From Acidobacteriota bacterium (GTDB lineage Bacteria > Acidobacteriota > UBA6911 > RPQK01 > JAJDTT01), in assembly GCA_965217775.1 (NCBI GenBank), contig CBDCJH010000002.1, forward strand, positions 4,000,001-4,064,000: a stretch of 64,000 nucleotides of DNA, written 5' to 3'. Made by a program: the position numbers and the translations under genes. Position 1 is the stretch's first letter. Every line of letters starts with the position of its first letter. Of the stretch, positions 7,884 through 17,112 are shown piece after piece. The notes below the pieces were generated by a model. The model was not told where the DNA came from. It was given only the letters and a program-made list of their open reading frames with translations, and did not search any database.

Positions 7884-10745
7884 CTATTTGCCGTAGGTGA
7901 CCCACGCCGGCGAACCCCACGCCATCTCTCCGTCCTTCTGCATCACCCGCAGATAGTAGTAACTTTCCCCCGGCAGCGGGTCCGTCTCGGCGAACTCGAA
8001 GGCAGTTTCGGGCTGACGGGGGGAGATGGTGTAGATGATCTCGTTGTTTCTGATGAGATCGACGCGCTCGATCCGATCGGTTCCGACGATCCGGGCCTTG
8101 ATCCTTATGGGGACCTCACTGGCGAACTGCTCACCCATCAAGTGCTCTCCATCCGAGCCCAAGTAGCGAACGTCGACGATGATATTGTCCGTAGCGGCAT
8201 AGGCGCGCCGGGCCCTGATGGCTTCAAGAAGACCGTCCAGGGACAGCTTTTCGGCAATCAGGCAAGCGTAGCTCATGTGAGTCGAGTGGTGATCCGAGGA
8301 GGCGACAAAACCCAGCCGCAATCCTTTGGCGAGCGCGTTCCAGGCCGAACCGAAGCGTCGGGGAGGGCTGTCGTCCTGGGCCAGGGTCGGACTCGGATCC
8401 AGCGTCTTCGGACTGGGGGCCCCAGGGTACTCGTAGGTGTCCCTCATCCCCTGAAAGATCTCCACCAGGTGCTCCACCTCCGGGTCGCTGTCCCGCCAGT
8501 CGGTTCCACTCCCCGTTGCCGTGGTGTGGGGAATGGAGATTCCGTCGTTTCGCTTCAAATACCAGAAGAGTCTTTCGGAGCCTTCCCAGCCTTCCCCCTC
8601 TCCCCAGGCCAGGATGGGAAGGATCCGGGCGCCTCGCCGGGTGAAGAAGATATTTCGGTGCCCGTTGGGATACTGGAGCGACCGCTCGTAGGCGTAGAAG
8701 GCGACGAAGTTCTGAAGTTGGAAGCCATCGGCGACCTTCTGGCTGAGCCACCAACTGTAGGGCTCCTCCACGTCATCGTTGTGATCCGTGATTCCCAGAA
8801 AATCCAACCGGGCCGCGTCAAGCGCATAGCGGTAGGCGTCCAGGAGGGACCCGTCCCTTCCTCCGTCCATGGAGAGATCCGTGTGCCGGTGCATATCGCC
8901 CCGGTAGATGGAATAGGTCTTCCCCCGCAGCCGGATCCGGTAGGATCGAATCCGTTTCACCTCCTGGTCCTCATCGGGATGGATACGGTCAAACGGCGGG
9001 GACGGTTCCGGGTGATAGGCCACCAAGTCCGGCTCCGAGGTTGCAGGCGGCCTGTCCGGCAGACCCACCAGGATCTGTCCGTGCTGCTGCAGGTAGAACT
9101 TGGTGCTGCGGTTGTCGGTGGGCCACACCGCCCAGAGGCGGCCCTCGGAGTCCAGCGTCGAGGACGGCCTCATGTTCTTGCGCCCACTGCTGTGAGGCAA
9201 ATCCATCAATTCGCCCCATCGGGAGCCGTCGTAACGGGTACAGGAGATCTCCCAGCGCGGCCAGTAGATGGAGCCTGGCGAATCCGGCCGCCGGCTGCTC
9301 ATGTGACGCAGGAACAGCCAGGGACTTCCATCCGAATCGATGGCCAGATGGGGCAGGTACCAATTCCCGCTCAGAACATCCGAGAGCCGCCCCGACGGGG
9401 TCAGCACCTTGTCTCCTTCCAGGCAGACCACCCGGATCGACCTGCCCTGTTGCAACCCCACACCCTGACGTTCCGCCAGCCTGCCCGTGTCCTTTCCCCA
9501 CTCCGGGTCCGACTCCTCCCAGGCCAACCACACTCGATTTCTCTCGTCGACAGCCACGGCGGAATAAGCCTCAAAGCGCTCGGTGTCCGCCACCGCCTGG
9601 ACTTTCCCCCAGGCGCCGTTTCTGAACTGCCGCAAGTAGACGTCGTAGCTGCCCGAGGCGTAGCCGTCCCAGGCGACGGCGATCGACCCGTCCGATCCGG
9701 CTGCCACGGTGGGGAGCCAGTTGTTCCCCGAGGCCGATGTCCCCTGGCTCACCGGGGTCTCCTCCGACCACTGTCGGCCGTCAAAGCTCTTGGCAAAGAT
9801 CTGGCTGTATTCGCCCACCGTCTTCTGCCAGAAAACCCACAGGTGGCCACGGGAGTCGGAAACGGCCCGATGGTGCAGGTCGGGAGCAGGATCGTCGGTC
9901 AGCCTTTCGACCGAAGACCAGTCCGCCTCGTCCAGGAAACGCCCGTACAGGTCCCAGTTGCCTTCAATCTGCATGGACCAGATCACCCAGACGCGCCCGT
10001 TGACGTCCTCTCCAACAGCGGTCCGGAAGACGTCGGCCCCACGGGTGAGGACGAAGACGGGCCCCCAGGCGTCCCCCATTTTCCTGCGGGCGCAGACCGC
10101 GTCGGCCTCGTCCCGGTACTCCTGCCAGGCGACCCAGAGATTCCCCGAAGCCGACGACAGAATGGAGGGGAAGTCCTGCTGAGCCGTCCGCTCCGCGGCA
10201 ATTCTCGCGGCAGGGGGCACCCGCTCCAGACGAACCGCTCCGTCCAGGAACAGCCTCGGCTCAAGGGGCTGGAGCCGATCGGGATGAAAGCTGAAGTCTC
10301 CTTGCTCGGTCCGCACCCTGACGGGAGCCTGTCCGGGGTTGTGCCAGACGTGCAGCAGGAGGGTTGGAGACTGCAGCCGGAACTCCTTGCTGTAGCGCAT
10401 CCAGACCTGGCGGGTGCTGCAGACCCAGCTCAGGGCGTTGCGAACGAAGTCGTTGGGGAACTTCGGGTCCTGGGAAAGCCCGTAATTGTGGGCCCGAAAG
10501 CGGTCGGCCTCGACCTGGAACCTCTGTCCTTCGAAAGGCAGAAGATACCCATCCCAGGACTGCTGAACGGTGTCCTTCAAGCCAAAGGTCAGCCGGAAGG
10601 AGCTGGACGGAAAGGAAAGGTCACTGGCGGACACCGCCTCGACCCCTTGCTCTGCTCGCGGTGGGAAACTGCGGCAGGCCCCGGTCCAGAACACCGCCGC
10701 CAACAGAAGGGATAAAGGGAACCGTTTCACCCCGCCTTCCCCCAT
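7884..10745 (-). CDS. Lipoprotein with beta-propeller-like repeats and a C-terminal PHP-type metallohydrolase (DUF3604/CehA-McbA-like)
   Basis: Lipobox TGAC; GDMHRHTDLSMDG, LDFLGITDH, GHRNI, IPHT, GFVASSDHH motifs; AAGGAGG RBS. Confidence 0.8.
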   Translation of the reverse strand: MGEGGVKRFPLSLLLAAVFWTGACRSFPPRAEQGVEAVSASDLSFPSSSFRLTFGLKDTVQQSWDGYLLPFEGQRFQVEADRFRAHNYGLSQDPKFPNDFVRNALSWVCSTRQVWMRYSKEFRLQSPTLLLHVWHNPGQAPVRVRTEQGDFSFHPDRLQPLEPRLFLDGAVRLERVPPAARIAAERTAQQDFPSILSSASGNLWVAWQEYRDEADAVCARRKMGDAWGPVFVLTRGADVFRTAVGEDVNGRVWVIWSMQIEGNWDLYGRFLDEADWSSVERLTDDPAPDLHHRAVSDSRGHLWVFWQKTVGEYSQIFAKSFDGRQWSEETPVSQGTSASGNNWLPTVAAGSDGSIAVAWDGYASGSYDVYLRQFRNGAWGKVQAVADTERFEAYSAVAVDERNRVWLAWEESDPEWGKDTGRLAERQGVGLQQGRSIRVVCLEGDKVLTPSGRLSDVLSGNWYLPHLAIDSDGSPWLFLRHMSSRRPDSPGSIYWPRWEISCTRYDGSRWGELMDLPHSSGRKNMRPSSTLDSEGRLWAVWPTDNRSTKFYLQQHGQILVGLPDRPPATSEPDLVAYHPEPSPPFDRIHPDEDQEVKRIRSYRIRLRGKTYSIYRGDMHRHTDLSMDGGRDGSLLDAYRYALDAARLDFLGITDHNDDVEEPYSWWLSQKVADGFQLQNFVAFYAYERSLQYPNGHRNIFFTRRGARILPILAWGEGEGWEGSERLFWYLKRNDGISIPHTTATGSGTDWRDSDPEVEHLVEIFQGMRDTYEYPGAPSPKTLDPSPTLAQDDSPPRRFGSAWNALAKGLRLGFVASSDHHSTHMSYACLIAEKLSLDGLLEAIRARRAYAATDNIIVDVRYLGSDGEHLMGEQFASEVPIRIKARIVGTDRIERVDLIRNNEIIYTISPRQPETAFEFAETDPLPGESYYYLRVMQKDGEMAWGSPAWVTYGK

Positions 10746-10795
10746 GGACTACCTCCTTGCCGATACGGCCGTATGCCGATGGGGTGGAGTGGTAC

Positions 10796-10955
10796 CAGTC
10801 CGTGGTGAAAGTCCCGCGAGCACCGAGACCGGTCCTGCGCCCGCCGGACAAGGCGCAACGGAGGGAGCATACCGGGAGTATGTGAGCCGATAGCAACGCA
10901 GTCCGCGCACGATGCAGGGACGGTCGAATGCCGTGACGACTTTTGCCACGGGCTG
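10796..10955. mobile_element. Palindromic MITE-like element, family A, copy 1 (160 bp, intergenic)
   Basis: Ends CAGTCCGTGGTGAAAGTC / GACTTTTGCCACGGGCTG; GTAC duplicated at 10792-10795 and 10956-10959; near-identical copies at 36475 and 52320. Confidence 0.9.
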
Positions 10956-11061
10956 GTACACTCCAGGTTCATACGGTCGCGTTCCTCATGTTTTGTAAGT
11001 CGTTGATATAACGTCACTTGAATCACAGAACGCGGACCTGTTCAAGTTTTCTTGGAGAGAA

Positions 11062-12078
11062 ATGCGGTTCAGCGCAGTCGAAACCATGTTCCCCGTCGTT
11101 GTTCAGGCGGGTCTTCTACTGATGGCCTCGGGTCCCCTTTGGGCCCAGGATGATTCTTCCTTTGCTCTCCATACCTTCAATCACGATGATCGGAGGATTC
11201 GCTACCTGGACCAGGGCACAGGCAGGGTGTTGTTTCTCGTCCATGGCATGGCCGCCGATCACCGGGACTGGAAGTTCCAGATTCCGGTTCTGACGAGAAA
11301 GTACCGGGTGGTGGCCCTAGGAGCCTGCGCCGCAGAAATCAATCTACTGCGAAAGCGGGGAATCGGTCCATATTTCCCCGATTTCTCGGCGAATAGAACG
11401 ACTATGCACCTCCAAATCGTGAAAATCTGGCCTCGATTCCCCACTTTCTCGCTACGATCATTTCTACGGCGCAGACTCCTAGATCTTGCCTTCTTCGGCG
11501 AGAGCGATCCTGGACCGCTACCCCACACGACCCGCAATCACGCCCGGGATTGCCTGGCGCTGCTGGATCATCTGGCCATTGAGAAGGCGGTCCTGATGGG
11601 ACACAGTCTGGGGTCTTGGATCATCCGGGAAATGTACGGGATGCGCCCCCGGTTGGCGGAAGCACTGGTGGATGTGGACGGCGGCGGTCTGGCCGACCCC
11701 GCCATGGAGCTTCTGGGTCTCGAAAAGGGAATCTACGGCCCCGGGTCGCCCCCTTATCCCAGTGCCTTCAACCTGAAGCGGTTAAGACTTCACAAAGAGC
11801 GCGTCGCGCTCCTGAGAGAGCAGTTCGGAGGGCGAAACCCAAGGGCCCAAAGAGACCGTTCTCCTGCGGGCAAGTGGTGCCGGGTCCCGGTCTTGGTCGT
11901 CCTCTGCTCTTACGGAGCCTTCTCGCAGGATGACGTCCCGGAGGGATGGGTGGAAACGAACCTCCCGTCCACCGACGCCAGTCTGGTGGTGATCCGCGAA
12001 TCGGGGCACTGGGTGACGCTGGAACGGCCCCAAGAGCTCAACCGAATCCTGCTGGGGTTCTTGAGCCGGCTACCCTGA
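11062..12078 (+). CDS. Alpha/beta hydrolase (signal peptide) carrying a 54-aa in-frame insert
   Basis: FLVHG oxyanion motif, GHSLG nucleophile elbow, SGHW catalytic His; RVVAL|DLAFFGES motif split by the insert. Confidence 0.85.
   Translation: MRFSAVETMFPVVVQAGLLLMASGPLWAQDDSSFALHTFNHDDRRIRYLDQGTGRVLFLVHGMAADHRDWKFQIPVLTRKYRVVALGACAAEINLLRKRGIGPYFPDFSANRTTMHLQIVKIWPRFPTFSLRSFLRRRLLDLAFFGESDPGPLPHTTRNHARDCLALLDHLAIEKAVLMGHSLGSWIIREMYGMRPRLAEALVDVDGGGLADPAMELLGLEKGIYGPGSPPYPSAFNLKRLRLHKERVALLREQFGGRNPRAQRDRSPAGKWCRVPVLVVLCSYGAFSQDDVPEGWVETNLPSTDASLVVIRESGHWVTLERPQELNRILLGFLSRLP
11321..11478. mobile_element. Palindromic MITE-like element, family B (158 bp), in frame within the hydrolase gene
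   Basis: TIRs GAGCCTGCGCCGCAGAAAT / ATTTCTACGGCGCAGACTC; CTAG duplicated at 11317-11320 and 11479-11482; nested internal inverted repeats. Confidence 0.9.
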
Positions 12079-12291
12079 GGAACCATTGGACGGGCATCAA
12101 CCAGCCCGCGTTTCCCAGGAGCCCGCGCCGCAGGTGCCGATGCCCTGGGTGGTGTATCTTTGATTCCCCGCAGAAGCGGATCGACGGTCGCGTTGTAGGC
12201 TGCGGCTCGTTCGAATCGATGCTGCTCGATGTGACAAGTATTTCAGGCGGGAGCAAGAGCCCTCGTCATCCCGTGCTGGAAAGGGTTTGAC

Positions 12292-13074
12292 ATGAGTGAC
12301 AAACCAGGATCGGTTCCCATGGTCGTCGATCTCGACGGGCGGACGGCGGTGGTCACCGGCGGCGGCACCGGCATCGGGCGCGCCGTGTCCATCGGGCTCG
12401 CCCGCTGCGGTGCATCGGTGGTGGTCAATTACAGCCGGAGCCTCCAGGAGGCGAACGAGACCGTCGAGGAGATCCGGCGGGCGGGAGGCCGGGCGATCGC
12501 CGTGCGGGCGGACGTGACCGATGAGCAGCAGGTGGCGGACCTCATAGCGGCCGCCGTGAAGAGATTCGGCGGCCTGGACATCCTGGTGGCCAACGCCGGA
12601 GCTCCCGGTCACGGACGTCCGACCAGCGAACTGACCGAGCAGCAGTGGGAGCATGATCTGGCCACCAACTGCCGGAGCGCTTTCTTCTGCGTCAAGCACG
12701 CCATGGCTCAGCTGCCCGACGGGCGGGGACGCATCATCCTCACCGGTTCCATGAGCGCCCGCACCGGCGCCACGCCGGGCGCCCTGACCTACGTCGCCTC
12801 CAAGGCCGCCCTCGAAGGCATGACCCGCAACTGGGCCCAGGAATTCGGACCTCGCGGGATTACCGTCAACACCATCGCACCCGGCATCGTCCGGACCCGC
12901 CTTCAGGCCCGGGCCTCCGCGGAACGCTACCAGTACCTGATCGGGCGAATTCCGCTGGGGCGCGACGGACAACCCGAGGATTGCGTCGGCGCTTTTCTGT
13001 TGCTGGCCGGGGACGACGGAGCCTTCATCACGGGCCAGGTCATCGAGGTGGGCGGCGGAATGCTGGCTTCGTGA
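12292..13074 (+). CDS. SDR family oxidoreductase
   Basis: TGGGTGIG, ANAG, YVASK, NTIAPG. Confidence 0.92.
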   Translation: MSDKPGSVPMVVDLDGRTAVVTGGGTGIGRAVSIGLARCGASVVVNYSRSLQEANETVEEIRRAGGRAIAVRADVTDEQQVADLIAAAVKRFGGLDILVANAGAPGHGRPTSELTEQQWEHDLATNCRSAFFCVKHAMAQLPDGRGRIILTGSMSARTGATPGALTYVASKAALEGMTRNWAQEFGPRGITVNTIAPGIVRTRLQARASAERYQYLIGRIPLGRDGQPEDCVGAFLLLAGDDGAFITGQVIEVGGGMLAS

Positions 13075-13131
13075 ACCGGCCGTCTCTCGCCCATTCACGA
13101 CCATTCACAATAATGAGTAAGGGAATAAGGG

Positions 13132-14067
13132 ATGCGCATCGCGCTGGTGGTCGAACCCATGTCGCGGCAGAACCTGAGGCTGGCGGCCCAGATCGGTGTC
13201 ACCGACATCGTGGGAAGGTACCCGGGTCCGGGACTGGACTCTCTACAGGCTCTCAAGACCAGGGTGGAAGACGCCCGGCTGCGGCTTTCGGTCATGGAGG
13301 GCTATCTACCGCTGCCTTCGATCATTCGCCAAGACGCCCACAGCCACGAGTCGGTTGAGGAAGTCATCCGGGTCATACGAAACATGGGCCGTCTGGGAAT
13401 CCCGGTGCTCTGCTACAACTTCATGTGGGCCGGAGACCTGACCCGCACCAGTTGGGACGAACCGGACCGGGGCGGATCCCGGGTGAACGCCTTCGACGAC
13501 GGCAAGTTCGACCACACTCCCGACCCCGCCTCCGGGTGTGTCCCTGCCTCCGTTCTCTGGGAGCGGCTGGGGCAATTCCTGGAACGAATCGTCCCCGCAG
13601 CCGAGGCATCGGGCGTCACGCTGGCCATGCATCCGGACGATCCACCCTTGGGAGAGATGCGCGGCGTGGCCCACATCATGAGCCGGCCCCGCGATTTCCA
13701 ACGGCTGGTGAGTCTGGTCCCCAGCCCGGTGAACGGCATCTGTTTCTGTGTCGGATGTTTCACCGAAATGGGCGTGGACGTGCCCGCGACGATCCGCCGT
13801 CTGGGCCGGCACATCAAGTATGTCCACTACCGCAACGTCGCCGGATGCGTCCCCGCCTTTCGGGAAACCTGGCTCGACTGCGGGCACACGAACATGGTGG
13901 AGGCCATGCGGGCGCTCCGGGAGATCGGATTCGACGGTCCCATGCGCCCGGACCACGTGCCCAAGTTGGAAGGAGAGTCCGGTTCGGCCACCGGCTACAC
14001 ACTGTTGGGCCGGCTCTATGCCGTCGGCTACATGAAGGGTGTGCTCCAGGCCATCGATACCTCCTGA
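13132..14067 (+). CDS. uxuA: Mannonate dehydratase (UxuA family)
   Basis: CYNFM, AMHPDDPP, NGICFCVG, HYRNV, MRPDHVP, GRLYAVGY. Confidence 0.85.
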   Translation: MRIALVVEPMSRQNLRLAAQIGVTDIVGRYPGPGLDSLQALKTRVEDARLRLSVMEGYLPLPSIIRQDAHSHESVEEVIRVIRNMGRLGIPVLCYNFMWAGDLTRTSWDEPDRGGSRVNAFDDGKFDHTPDPASGCVPASVLWERLGQFLERIVPAAEASGVTLAMHPDDPPLGEMRGVAHIMSRPRDFQRLVSLVPSPVNGICFCVGCFTEMGVDVPATIRRLGRHIKYVHYRNVAGCVPAFRETWLDCGHTNMVEAMRALREIGFDGPMRPDHVPKLEGESGSATGYTLLGRLYAVGYMKGVLQAIDTS

Positions 14068-14141
14068 CCCGGATCGAGCCAGCCAGCGAGGGTCCCATGA
14101 CCCCGCGGCTGCGGCATTCTTCGCCGCGAGCCGGAAGGGCC

Positions 14142-15212
14142 TCACCTCTGGGAGCGGATCAGCAGATAGAGAAACATGGGGCCGCCCAGTAGAGCTGTCA
14201 GAACCCCCACCGGCAGTTCCACCCCTCCAATGAGCCTGGACCGGACCACGCAGTCACAGACGAGCAGAAACCCGCCGCCCACCAGGAACGAAGCCGCCAT
14301 CACGAGTCGCTGATCGGTTCCCACCAGGCGGCGCACCATGTGCGGCACGATCAGACCCACGAAACCGATGGGCCCTACCGCCGAAACGACGCCGGCGACG
14401 GCCAGGGAGCCGAACACGAAGACCAGGATCCGGACCCGCCGGACCGACACGCCTCGTCCCGCCGCGTAGTCATCTCCCAGAGCCAAGGGGTTGAGCTGGT
14501 GCGACAGCCAGACGATCACCGCCACGCCCGGCAGCACGAACGGGAGAATGCTCCAGAGGTCGCCCCAAACGTAAAGGGAGTTCAAACTTCCCATGAGCCA
14601 GTGGTCCAGCACATGCAGGTCATAGGGATTGGCGGCCTGATGTCGCATCAACAGGATGAGAGCGCCGCAGATCAGGTTCACCGTGACCCCGGCCAGCAAC
14701 AGGGTCGCCATGCTGAGGCGTCCGGCCAGTCTCGCGATGCCGTAGATCAGTACGATGTCCAGGACCGCCGCCAGGTAGGCGGCCACCTGAATCGGAGAAA
14801 AGGGTCCCCAGGTGAGCCCCGAACCGAATCCGATGATGGCGCAGAAGGCGCCGACGGCCGCCGCCGTGGAGACCCCCAGAGTCGACGGCGCCACCAGGGG
14901 ATTGCGCAGGATCGCCTGCAGCGCCGCGCCGATGACTGCCAGTCCGGCGCCGGCTACGACACCCATCAAGGAACGGAGAATCCGATTGGCGACGATGCTG
15001 CGCAGGACCTGATTCTGATCCCTTTCGGGCAGTTCCTCCGGCAAAGGGGCCGCGAAGCCGTGCCGGGAGATCAATTGCAGCCCCGACAGTGCGTCGACCC
15101 CTTCGGCTCCGAAGAACGGGGAGATCGCCAGAGCCGTGACCAGAAAGAGGGAGCACATGCCCAGGGTTCCCAGCACATGGACGCTTCGATCGGTGGAGTC
15201 GTCCTTGATCAT
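14142..15212 (-). CDS. btuC: FecCD/BtuC-family ABC transporter permease
   Basis: LRNPLVAP.TLGV, LALGDD.AA..GV, GPIGFVGLIVPH, ELPVG; last gene of the B12 riboswitch operon. Confidence 0.88.
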   Translation of the reverse strand: MIKDDSTDRSVHVLGTLGMCSLFLVTALAISPFFGAEGVDALSGLQLISRHGFAAPLPEELPERDQNQVLRSIVANRILRSLMGVVAGAGLAVIGAALQAILRNPLVAPSTLGVSTAAAVGAFCAIIGFGSGLTWGPFSPIQVAAYLAAVLDIVLIYGIARLAGRLSMATLLLAGVTVNLICGALILLMRHQAANPYDLHVLDHWLMGSLNSLYVWGDLWSILPFVLPGVAVIVWLSHQLNPLALGDDYAAGRGVSVRRVRILVFVFGSLAVAGVVSAVGPIGFVGLIVPHMVRRLVGTDQRLVMAASFLVGGGFLLVCDCVVRSRLIGGVELPVGVLTALLGGPMFLYLLIRSQR

Positions 15213-16084
15213 CTCGGGGATACCCCGGGGTCTTGAAACCGGGAACCGGGCAGGACCACCGGAAGTCCGCTCCTGGCATCGCGGGTGACTTCAACGTCGC
15301 TGCCGTAGGATTCCGCCACCAGGGCCTGGGTCAACACCTGTTCGGGCCTGCCTTGGGCCCGGATCCTTCGGTCCGAGAGCAGGTAGATGACGTCGGCGAA
15401 ACGGGAGGCCAGATTCAGGTCGTGGGTGATGCAGAGAATGCCCCTGCCGGCTTGGGCCAGCCGCTTGAGGCGCTGTGAAAACGTCGCCAGATGGTGGACG
15501 TCCAGCCCCTTCCCCGGCTCGTCCAGCAGCAAGAGCGAGCTTTGCTGGGCCAGGATCCCGGCCAGGAGAACCGCTTGCTGCTCGCCGCCGCTGAGCGATT
15601 CGAACACCCGATTCCTCAGGCGCGCCACTCCCATTCGTTCCAGCGCCTGGCCCACGATCTTCCGGTCCTGCTCACCGGGCAGGGTCCACCATCGCTGGTG
15701 GGGAAAGCGGCCCAGAAGGACCACCTCCTGCACGGTGTACCCCTCAGGCGGCAGGACCTCCTGAGGCAGATAGGCGACGGTCCGGGCCCGGCCCAGGGGG
15801 GAGAGGTCAGCCAAGTCTCGCGGGCGTTTTCCGGACCCCGACTGGAGTTGGACGATCCCCTGTGCCGGCCGCAACAGACCGGCCAGGATCTTCATCAGAG
15901 TGCTCTTTCCGGCGCCGTTGGGACCGATGAGCATGGTGAGCGCTCCCGGCTCGACCGACAGTTGCACGTCCTCCAGCAATGATTCCTGCCCGGCGTAGCG
16001 GAAGGTCACATCCTGCGCGGTCAGGGAGAATGGAGCGTCCAACGGTTCTCCAGGCCCTCTTCTCTCATTTCCCACGTTGGACAA
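15209..16084 (-). CDS. btuD: ABC transporter ATP-binding protein (BtuD/FepC-like)
   Basis: Walker A GPNGAGKST, LSGGE signature, LLLLDEP, ITHDLN. Confidence 0.88.
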   Translation of the reverse strand: MSNVGNERRGPGEPLDAPFSLTAQDVTFRYAGQESLLEDVQLSVEPGALTMLIGPNGAGKSTLMKILAGLLRPAQGIVQLQSGSGKRPRDLADLSPLGRARTVAYLPQEVLPPEGYTVQEVVLLGRFPHQRWWTLPGEQDRKIVGQALERMGVARLRNRVFESLSGGEQQAVLLAGILAQQSSLLLLDEPGKGLDVHHLATFSQRLKRLAQAGRGILCITHDLNLASRFADVIYLLSDRRIRAQGRPEQVLTQALVAESYGSDVEVTRDARSGLPVVLPGSRFQDPGVSPR

Positions 16085-16158
16085 ATCCCAAATCCCAAAT
16101 CACAGATCGCGAACTGAAGCGCGGAGAGCCCCCAAGAGGGCACCCACAAGGGGTCGCC

Positions 16159-17112
16159 CTACGTTCCTTCATGGATGGCCTGGGCGATCAGACGGGCGGC
16201 CTGGGGAAGGCGCGGACCGGAACGCATGAGGAAACTTCCGTTCAAGACCCGGATCCGGCCGTCGCGGACCGCCGGCAATGTGGGGTGCATCCGCCATTCC
16301 GCCAGGAACCCATTTTTCACGTTCTCCGGAAGCTGGTCCCGGGAATCCAGCACCAGGATGACCTGAGGCCGGCGCACCAGAACCGTCTCCAGGCTCACCA
16401 TGGGCCACGGCTTTTCCACGTCGGCCGTGATGGAGCGTGCGCCTGCCCACTCGACCAATTCGGTCAGGAAGGAGCCCTTCCCCGCAGAGAACACCTGGTG
16501 GCTCTTGCTGCCCATCACCAGCAGGACGTCGAGTCGAGGCCGACCGGCATAGTGTTGCCGAATCTCCTCCAACTCTCGCCGCAGGCGCGCGGCCACGGGC
16601 TCCCCGGCCCCGGAATTTCCAAGAGCATCAGCCAACCGGACAGGGACTTGGAGCACGTCCCGGACCGAGGTCGATTCCAGGGCCAGAAACCGGATTCGCT
16701 TTCGGCGCGCGATGCGCTCCAGCTTGAACCCCTTTCCCAGCGCCACGATCAGGTCCGGCCGGAGGGCCAGGATCTTCTCCACGTTCGGTTCGACAGCGGT
16801 CCCGACCACGGGCAATCGGGCGGCCTCGGCCGGATGATCGCAGTAGGGCGACACCCCCACGATCCTGTCCTGCAAACCCATGGAGAAGAGAAATTCCACG
16901 ATGCTGGGGCCGTAGGCGATGACTCGCCGGACCTCAGACTCCGGTTCCGAAGCGGGTGAAGGTCCGCCCGGACGATCGGTTCGATCCGGCTCGCATCCCG
17001 CCAGCAGGAGCGCCGGCAAGAGAATCCGTACGCCTCGCCGGAGTCGATTTGCCAGCACGTCGAATGTCCACCCGGGCCCGGCCCCAATCGGGACCGCCGC
17101 CGCGGTCTCCAC
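16159..17112 (-). CDS. btuF: Corrinoid ABC substrate-binding lipoprotein (start probably further downstream)
   Basis: Lipobox LAGC; RIVGVSPYCDHP, NVEKILALRPDL, RSGPRL. Confidence 0.85.
   Translation of the reverse strand: METAAAVPIGAGPGWTFDVLANRLRRGVRILLPALLLAGCEPDRTDRPGGPSPASEPESEVRRVIAYGPSIVEFLFSMGLQDRIVGVSPYCDHPAEAARLPVVGTAVEPNVEKILALRPDLIVALGKGFKLERIARRKRIRFLALESTSVRDVLQVPVRLADALGNSGAGEPVAARLRRELEEIRQHYAGRPRLDVLLVMGSKSHQVFSAGKGSFLTELVEWAGARSITADVEKPWPMVSLETVLVRRPQVILVLDSRDQLPENVKNGFLAEWRMHPTLPAVRDGRIRVLNGSFLMRSGPRLPQAARLIAQAIHEGT

Noticed and set aside
7668-10715. 1015-aa plus-strand ORF, and similar long antisense ORFs (22023-23807, 47601-50207, 36749-38476, 54134-55783)
   Set aside because: Shadow frames of well-supported genes on the opposite strand; expected with high-GC codon bias, and no recognisable motifs
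16082-16108. Short CAAATCC heptamer repeats between btuF and btuD
   Set aside because: Three to four degenerate units with no evidence of function
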